Virus record (IMG/VR): IMGVR_UViG_3300044673_000327
Span: 21,289 to 85,288 of that record
Strand: one strand, 5' to 3'
DNA from: a virus
Length of the DNA: 64,000 bases
Numbering within the stretch: the first letter of the stretch is position 1; each line of letters opens with the position of its first letter. Shown piece after piece: positions 47,377-54,050 of the stretch. The notes beneath the pieces were generated by a model. It was given only the letters and a program-made list of their open reading frames with translations, was not told where the DNA came from and did no database searches. Position numbers and translations under genes: made by a program.

Positions 47377-47826
47377 ATGATCACCGTATACATCGGCTTC
47401 AAAGAAACGGGACTATCCCCGTATAACTTTCAAGATTGGTTTAGAAAATATCGAAGCCTCTTCAGCGACATCGAGGATAAACCCGTCGAGTTTCCAGAAG
47501 AGATGACGTTCGACGAGAAGATGATCTGTCGGGTGATTCATTTCTATGTAGGGAAGATAAAACTCGTCCGAACCTCTTCTCCCGCGATAAGTGGATTGCT
47601 CGATATGTTATCCCCCGAAGCGATCGCTTTCATCGTTCGATCGCTCGTGGAAATAAATAACCTGACGATCTATACTAATAATCCTACGGTTGTCACTTGG
47701 TTTTTGGTTAGAGCGAATAACGTAACGGTATTCGATAAAGGCAAAGAATACTCGAAAGAGGTTATCGAGTCCGTCTATCACGGATGTATAGACCTATCTA
47801 TCGGAGAGATCGATATTAACCCATGA
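47377..47826 (+). CDS. hypothetical protein
   Basis: 149 aa. Confidence 0.65.
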   Translation: MITVYIGFKETGLSPYNFQDWFRKYRSLFSDIEDKPVEFPEEMTFDEKMICRVIHFYVGKIKLVRTSSPAISGLLDMLSPEAIAFIVRSLVEINNLTIYTNNPTVVTWFLVRANNVTVFDKGKEYSKEVIESVYHGCIDLSIGEIDINP

Positions 47827-48230
47827 ACAAATACACGCTCTACTGGAAAGCGGGGAAGAAGGAAACGATAGAGGGGAACGATCTACGTGACGCTCTCGAA
47901 CGGGCGGGATACCCCGAAACGGTACTCGTATCGATAAGTCATGTATCTTTGGACGAGAACGATTACTGGTGGGATTCGGAACGGAAATGTTGGTCGCTTA
48001 ATAATCCCGAGTCTAAACCCCCGATCGATCTCAAAACGATCAAGCGGGTCGAGTACGTGTACGAAGAAATCCGTCGGTATAAGTTTATTACCGAGGTTCC
48101 TTTCTCGATGGAGACCGAAGAGATGGAAGATCATTTCGAGAACCTATTCGCCAACAATAAAGAGTTGTTTAAGAGCGCGGAGTTTATCGAATCCTCTACC
48201 CAACTCGATAATTTCTCGGTATTCGATTAA
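47823..48230 (+). CDS. hypothetical protein
   Basis: 135 aa, translationally coupled. Confidence 0.65.
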   Translation: MNKYTLYWKAGKKETIEGNDLRDALERAGYPETVLVSISHVSLDENDYWWDSERKCWSLNNPESKPPIDLKTIKRVEYVYEEIRRYKFITEVPFSMETEEMEDHFENLFANNKELFKSAEFIESSTQLDNFSVFD

Positions 48231-48284
48231 TCTCGGGAGGGGGAACGGTTTCTTTTTACCCTCTCGTGGGTATCATGACCCCGT

Positions 48285-48449
48285 TGGGTTAGCCCTTCGG
48301 GGTGTGATTTTATTTCTCTCTCTTTCAGTCCCCCCGTTTGTTGGCGTAGATTATTCGCGAATGAAGGAAGGAAAGAATTTATTTTTTTCTTCTTATCGGT
48401 GGGTGGCGTAACTTTTTTAGGTTAGCCCTTCGGGGGGTATAGGAATAAT
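48285..48449 (+). promoter_or_regulatory. two class 1 cores (48285-48301 variant, 48418-48434) plus class 3-like TAGGAATAAT (48440-48449)
   Basis: read directly upstream of ORF 48469. Confidence 0.65.
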
Positions 48450-48468
48450 TGAAGATAAAGAGGTGATT

Positions 48469-50136
48469 ATGAATCGTATCGCTAATTTAATCCCGAGGGG
48501 GGCGAATGTTTATTCGAGAAATCCGGTCGCCGCGGTTTTAACCAACCCGACGGAACTCGCCCGATCGCTCGGCACGATCTCCCATCCGTACCCTCTGTAT
48601 AGTACGGATGGGCGTTTATTTCTCGATGTGGATACGGCTTATATCGATACTCTCAAACCCCGTTTCACTCAACCTTACGACGATCGTATGGTGAACGGGA
48701 TGGCGAGATTGAACGCCGCCAAGTTTCGGAGTAACCCCGAGTTATTAGAAATGGTTGAAGCTTCGGCGGGACAAGCTGGATTAGACCCGGAATCCTTTTT
48801 GCGATCGCTCCGGCACGAGGTAGTCGGCAACAAGTTCTGGGAAACCCCATCCCGTAAAGCTCCCGATGGAATGTCGGGGGCGATCGAGGCTTTAGCGAGA
48901 GGGTACGGTATGGCGAGACAAAACCCCGATTTATCCCTGCCATCCGGCAAGGTCATCTCGGTTCATCTTCCTCAGCCCCAGCATCCCGTGAATCGGGCGA
49001 AACAGAAACCGCTCGGTGTAGACGAAGGTGTAGCCGATTGGATAGCGAATCGTGACCCCGAGGGTTTGATTTTATTCGGGGATAACTATATCGGTAAGGG
49101 GAAAGCGGGTCAGGCGATTATCCGGGATAAGGATATAGCCGTAGGGATACCGACCAAGAAACTCCCCGCGATGAGTCCCGATTCCTTTCTCTACGATGAA
49201 GATCTCGACGAGTATATCCGACGGGTCAGCCCGACAATCGAGCGCTTACAACAGCATCTCGATCGCGGGGGGAGATTGTACTTCCTCTCCACCGGTATCG
49301 GTACGGGGTTAGCCGTAGCCCGTAACGGACGCTCTCAGAAACGGGTAGGGGATTGGTTGGCTAACCGTCTATACGAACTCGGAGTACCCGAATCGATTAT
49401 CGGTAATCCCCTCGGTGGTTCACTATCCCGTCAGCCCGTCGTCGCGAGTCACGTCGTGTCTTTCGCTAGTCCCAAGATGGAGAGTAATTCCGTGAATAGA
49501 ACGGCTAATATTAGCATCCCCGAATGGAATCCCGAACCCTATTTATCGGGGGGTAAGGTGCTGATGGGAACGGGTCATCGTCCCGACAAACTGGGAGGCT
49601 ACGATATTTATCCCTCGACCCTTAACAAGCTCACCGATCTGGCGGGCAATTATCTAGAAGAACTCGAACCCGATCGGGTGGTATCGGGCATGGCTCAGGG
49701 ATGGGATAGCGCGTTGGCGATCGCCGCTATCCGTAAGGGTATCCCGTTGACCGCGGCTGTCGCTTTCGATGGGGTCGAGAAACGTTGGACTCCCGACGCT
49801 CAACGATTATTCCACCGTATTCTCGACAAGTCCGATAACGTGCGGGTTGTCGGTAATACGGGAAGCGGTCGGAGCGCGGGGCAACTACTTAACGATCGCA
49901 ATCTCTGGATGATCGATAACTCTTCCGGGGTTCTCGCCCTCTGGAACGGGACATCGGGGGGAACGGCTAATGCGGTTCGAGACGCTATCGGTCGCGATAA
50001 GCCTATCCTCAATCTCTGGGATGAGTGGCGGGGAAAACCTACCCCGATCGTCGCTAATCCGATCGCTCCCACTCCTACCGATTCCCGTCCCGGTTTCGGT
50101 AACTGGCAAGTCACCTATTACGGGAAACCGAAATAG
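48469..50136 (+). CDS. multidomain protein: Macro-like domain plus YspA/DUF1273-type SLOG domain
   Basis: ILFGDN..GKGKAGQA..AVGIPTK..GIGTGLA (Macro-like); GTGHRP, SGMAQGWD, RNLWMID, GGTANAV (SLOG). Confidence 0.75.
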   Translation: MNRIANLIPRGANVYSRNPVAAVLTNPTELARSLGTISHPYPLYSTDGRLFLDVDTAYIDTLKPRFTQPYDDRMVNGMARLNAAKFRSNPELLEMVEASAGQAGLDPESFLRSLRHEVVGNKFWETPSRKAPDGMSGAIEALARGYGMARQNPDLSLPSGKVISVHLPQPQHPVNRAKQKPLGVDEGVADWIANRDPEGLILFGDNYIGKGKAGQAIIRDKDIAVGIPTKKLPAMSPDSFLYDEDLDEYIRRVSPTIERLQQHLDRGGRLYFLSTGIGTGLAVARNGRSQKRVGDWLANRLYELGVPESIIGNPLGGSLSRQPVVASHVVSFASPKMESNSVNRTANISIPEWNPEPYLSGGKVLMGTGHRPDKLGGYDIYPSTLNKLTDLAGNYLEELEPDRVVSGMAQGWDSALAIAAIRKGIPLTAAVAFDGVEKRWTPDAQRLFHRILDKSDNVRVVGNTGSGRSAGQLLNDRNLWMIDNSSGVLALWNGTSGGTANAVRDAIGRDKPILNLWDEWRGKPTPIVANPIAPTPTDSRPGFGNWQVTYYGKPK

Positions 50137-50322
50137 AGAGAAGAGAAAGAGAGAAGGGGATTAATTACTTTTTAAAAGAGGGTAATTAATTCTCTCCGTA
50201 TCCGATCGCCCCTCTATAAATTAATAACCTCTCCTTCATTCCTTCCTTCTCTCTCTAGGGTATAGAGATAGTCGGGAGGAATTGTTGTAGATGGGTTACT
50301 CGTGGTGGTAATTCAATTTCTT

Positions 50323-50355
50323 TAGGTTAGCCCTTCGGGGTATCGGTGGGTGTAA
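50323..50355 (+). promoter_or_regulatory. class 1 motif heading the RNA polymerase operon
   Basis: TAGGTTAGCCCTTCGGG-N11-TGTAA. Confidence 0.8.
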
Positions 50356-50379
50356 TTAATTTATTCAAAGTAGCCAATT

Positions 50380-50658
50380 ATGCTTTACGTTGTTGAACGC
50401 TGGAGACAACTTTCCGATAACAGTTGGGTGTTTCAATGCTTCGATGTTTATCAGAACGAAAAGACCGCGCGACGTATCGCCAAGATGTTTCATGACGCGG
50501 ATAAAGAATGGTTCCCAACTCGCACTCCTCGCAAGGTTAAACGTTCTGAAGTATCGACCTTTCTTCGTGCCGCTCGGAAAATCAAAGTAACCCTTAGCCT
50601 GTATCCCGACTTCTCTATGGGATGTTGGGGAGTGAACTTCCTAGAGGGAAGAAATTAA
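50380..50658 (+). CDS. hypothetical basic protein
   Basis: 92 aa. Confidence 0.7.
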   Translation: MLYVVERWRQLSDNSWVFQCFDVYQNEKTARRIAKMFHDADKEWFPTRTPRKVKRSEVSTFLRAARKIKVTLSLYPDFSMGCWGVNFLEGRN

Positions 50659-50678
50659 TCGGAAATCATTTAATCAAA

Positions 50679-50741
50679 AACCTATCGGGGTTGGGTTAGT
50701 AGGTACTGCAATACCTCTTATCACTAACTTCCCGATAGGTT
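50679..50741 (+). promoter_or_regulatory. long interrupted stem-loop in the RNA polymerase leader
   Basis: AACCTATCGGG/CCCGATAGGTT, GTTAGT/ACTAAC, AGGTA/TACCT nested stems. Confidence 0.65.
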
Positions 50742-50769
50742 CCTGTTCACTCAACAAGGTAATTCTATC

Positions 50770-53397
50770 ATGAGCCAAGCCAAATACGTTCCGACCGAGA
50801 AGTTTATTCCCCGTCGGTTCCGATTCAACTCGTCTACAGAAGGCGAGTTCGTGGATCTCCCCGTGGAATTATGCACTCAATACCGCCACACTCTCTTTCA
50901 GGCGATGCACGGGAACGTGGATGACGTGATTCTCGTCGATTGTTCCAAGCTCACCTCCGATGACAAGGGACGGGAGATTAACCCCGACCTTGTTACTCAA
51001 GCACTGACCGACAACCTACCCGATGGATACCGCCTAGACGGGGCTACGGGTAGCCGGAAGAAAGGTCAGGTATTCGCTACCTCCCGTAAGGGAAAGACCT
51101 ACTCCGAACTCTACCTATCCGGTTCCAAGCGGGTATCCCATTATTCGATGCTCTGGAGCGAGAACCGGGCGATCGTTAACCTCTCGAATGTCCGTGTCGT
51201 GGTTCTCGATGATGCCGATTACGAACTGCAAGTAGAAATTGGAGTCGGTGATTGTCACGGTCTAATCGGTCACTCTCTTCATCAAGCGATCGTCGAAGCA
51301 TCAGATCCTTTTCTCAAGTCCCCGATCGATCCTCGGGGGATGCTCCAGTTCCGTCTAGCCCTCAAGTCCAAATGGTGCGCGAAGGGTACGACTCTACCCC
51401 TCGGTGGTGAGTTGGAATTCAAGGGGGAACCCGTCGATCTGATTCTGCCCGCTTCCTCGTTCAAGGGTTCATGTCCGAAGCTCGGTAAGGTTCACGAGTA
51501 CAAATCTCTGTACTTCGGGATCTATAAAGTCTCCCGCACCACCCGGTACTCTACCTCCCATACCGTGACGGGTTGGTTTCAATCCGAGGACTCCAAGAAG
51601 TTTCTTCTCGACGCGGCTCGCGAGGAGATGGAAACCCTGATCGAGAAACGCAAGGATGTCCGCAAGTTAGCCGTTCACTACCTCGATCGCACCGTGGGAA
51701 CGGTTGACGGGGAACTGTCCGACGACCCCGAAGAACGTATCGAACAGGAGAAGAAACTAGCCTTCTGCTCTTACGCCCGTATCTTGAGTAAGGACACTTA
51801 CAACCAACTCGCCCTACACCCGAAAACGAAGCAGTGGGCGAACCAGATTACCGCTAATCTAGTCAAGGATATAGCCCTCGGATCGTTCATTCGCGCCAAG
51901 GGTTCGATGTTAGCCCCATTGCCTTTCCTCAAGGGCGATACGGTTATCTCTCACGATTTACCGACGGGACAGTACGTCTATTGGCGATACCCGATCAGGG
52001 CTTACAACGACATCTTTAAGGTGTACGTTATCAACACAAGAGATTTGCGTTGTCGTCTCGAACGCTATCTCGGGTACTTTACCGATCTCAATCTTCTCGA
52101 CTCGATTTATTTTCAATCTCTCGTCAACTCCGATCTAACGGGAACGGCTTGGGTTTCTCCCTCCGTCGCCCGTAAATCAGCCGCCGATTATGACGGTGAT
52201 TACGGTTGTTTCATTCCCTGTAGCGAGATCCGTCCTCTTGCTGACGAGATCGATACTTGGCAGGAATTACCCGAACCGGTCAAACCCCCGAAGAATCCGA
52301 TTAACGGTTCCCTCGAATCCATCGCCGCCAAGTCGATGTCTAACAAGGTAGGTCTGATTTCCTACATCATCACCTGTTGCCGTATCCTCGGGTGGAAGTT
52401 TCATTACCCCAAGTTAGCGGAGGCTTTACAGACGGAAGTAGACGGTCTAAAATCCGAGAACCCCGTGGATTGGGCTTACGTTAACGATGTTCTAAAACGA
52501 ACGGGTAGCGCGTTTAAAGAAGCGGAGAAGAAGGGAATTCAGGCGTGGGTACGTTGTTACAAGCATCCCGATCTCTATACCCAACGCCCCCTTGTCTCCC
52601 ACTACGACGATATAATCTCCAAACTCTGCAATCTAACATCGGAGATGTGGGAAAAAGGAATCGACCCCGATGACATCTCCCCGTTCCAGTGTCGTTCTAC
52701 TCACGACTTCCGTTGTCTATTCGATCCCCTCGTTCCCTACGAATCGATTCCTAAAGAGTGGTTTCATCGGGCGGGCGATTGGGTTTACGAGTACAAGAAG
52801 ATGTTAGGAGGTGTCCTAAGAATCAAGAAAGAACGCATGACAGTGACCGAGATCGAGGAGTTCCGTCAGGGACTCAAGGAGATAGGCGACCACTTTAAAC
52901 GCAAAGCCGATTCGATCACCAATCCCGCGTCCAAGCTTAAGTTCGCCGCCGCCATGCACCGTGTCCTGCACGATCGCCCCAAGCCCGGCGAGGACAATTC
53001 GGAACGGATCTGCTCTCTGGTTTTTCAGATATTCCCCGACGAGTATATTCGAGCGCTCTCGACCCCTCCCAACTATCAATTCCGGTTGTGGAGAAATTGC
53101 GAGAAAGCACCTTCCGATCTAGGGGATAAGGTATTCAATAACGAGATCGTTCCCGTCAAGATCACTAATACCCGATTCACCGTTAACGGTCAGGAGGTGG
53201 ACGCGCTCTATATGGTCGAACTGCACACGGGTAAGAAGGTAGCCCGTGTTGTCACCGATAACATGGCGGGGTACGTCTCCCTGCCCCTACCCGAGACCCG
53301 TCTCGTGGTCAAGGTCAACTCGGTATTCAGCCCGAGTAAGAAGACCTATACTTATCACGAAGCTCGTGTAGTTCCCGAAGAAGCTCTAGAGTTCTAA
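50770..53397 (+). CDS. single-subunit two-barrel RNA polymerase (YonO / cellular RdRP family)
   Basis: GDCHGLI, QFR..KGT, SSFK, WRYP, ADYDGD (DYDGD at 52186-52200), VGLIS, EVDGLK in RdRP-family order. Confidence 0.8.
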   Translation: MSQAKYVPTEKFIPRRFRFNSSTEGEFVDLPVELCTQYRHTLFQAMHGNVDDVILVDCSKLTSDDKGREINPDLVTQALTDNLPDGYRLDGATGSRKKGQVFATSRKGKTYSELYLSGSKRVSHYSMLWSENRAIVNLSNVRVVVLDDADYELQVEIGVGDCHGLIGHSLHQAIVEASDPFLKSPIDPRGMLQFRLALKSKWCAKGTTLPLGGELEFKGEPVDLILPASSFKGSCPKLGKVHEYKSLYFGIYKVSRTTRYSTSHTVTGWFQSEDSKKFLLDAAREEMETLIEKRKDVRKLAVHYLDRTVGTVDGELSDDPEERIEQEKKLAFCSYARILSKDTYNQLALHPKTKQWANQITANLVKDIALGSFIRAKGSMLAPLPFLKGDTVISHDLPTGQYVYWRYPIRAYNDIFKVYVINTRDLRCRLERYLGYFTDLNLLDSIYFQSLVNSDLTGTAWVSPSVARKSAADYDGDYGCFIPCSEIRPLADEIDTWQELPEPVKPPKNPINGSLESIAAKSMSNKVGLISYIITCCRILGWKFHYPKLAEALQTEVDGLKSENPVDWAYVNDVLKRTGSAFKEAEKKGIQAWVRCYKHPDLYTQRPLVSHYDDIISKLCNLTSEMWEKGIDPDDISPFQCRSTHDFRCLFDPLVPYESIPKEWFHRAGDWVYEYKKMLGGVLRIKKERMTVTEIEEFRQGLKEIGDHFKRKADSITNPASKLKFAAAMHRVLHDRPKPGEDNSERICSLVFQIFPDEYIRALSTPPNYQFRLWRNCEKAPSDLGDKVFNNEIVPVKITNTRFTVNGQEVDALYMVELHTGKKVARVVTDNMAGYVSLPLPETRLVVKVNSVFSPSKKTYTYHEARVVPEEALEF

Positions 53398-53454
53398 TCT
53401 AGAGTACGAACATCGATGTAGTTTATCGGGAGGGCGATCGCTCTCCCTGGTTCT

Positions 53455-53772
53455 ATGACCTTTAAATTACAAATTGAATTGAGCAATCCAAGAACACTAT
53501 CAGATGTTGCTGTGATAGCGCAACTGTTGGAAGCTTACGAGGAATCAGAGGATCTTATTGTAGATTCGGAATTTCTTGTTAATGCTATCTACCAATTTTT
53601 CTTCGCCTTGAGAAGACAACTAATCGACTACGTGGAGCCGAGTGAACGGCTCAAAGAACTTAATTCCTATATCGAGGACTCTGGCGCAAGCTCGCACAAG
53701 CAAAAGTTCGTCCTAGACATCCTGCTAAGGCTATACGATTTGGAGTTGAAGAAAGAAGAAAGGAAGGAATAA
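53455..53772 (+). CDS. hypothetical protein
   Basis: 105 aa. Confidence 0.65.
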   Translation: MTFKLQIELSNPRTLSDVAVIAQLLEAYEESEDLIVDSEFLVNAIYQFFFALRRQLIDYVEPSERLKELNSYIEDSGASSHKQKFVLDILLRLYDLELKKEERKE

Positions 53773-53798
53773 TTATTAGTCTCGATTTTTAGGTTGAT

Positions 53799-53839
53799 AA
53801 CTCCCCCGATGTGGGGGAGTTTTTCTTTTACCACGGGCT
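53799..53839 (+). terminator. hairpin + T-tract + CCACGGGCT closing the RNA polymerase operon
   Basis: AACTCCCCC..GGGGGAGTT, T-tract, CCACGGGCT. Confidence 0.8.
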
Positions 53840-53852
53840 TTAAAATAAACGA

Positions 53853-53982
53853 GGGAGTCAAGGTAAGGTAGACGGTTCGATTCCGTCATCGGATGGTTCC
53901 GTGTGAGGTTCGATTCCTCTTAACTACGGTAGCGAATAGGGTAATCCCCGCCGAGTAGGTTCGAGTCCTACAACTCCCACTA
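53853..53982 (+). ncRNA. tRNA-like RNA with three T-arms
   Basis: GGGAGT/ACTCCC-A acceptor-like stem enclosing GACGG-TTCGATT-CCGTC, GAGG-TTCGATT-CCTC and GTAGG-TTCGAGT-CCTAC. Confidence 0.65.
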
Positions 53983-54005
53983 ATCGGTTGAATAACCTTA
54001 ACGAC

Positions 54006-54015
54006 TAGGAAGACT
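54006..54015 (+). promoter_or_regulatory. class 3 motif TAGGAAGACT
   Basis: leader nearly identical to 10985-11029. Confidence 0.65.
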
Positions 54016-54050
54016 AAAGGAATTGAAAACTCTTTCTTTCCTTTCTTCCT

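Noticed and set aside
47377-47826. ABC/AAA ATPase
   Set aside because: Only a vague resemblance to the C-terminal half; no Walker A or B
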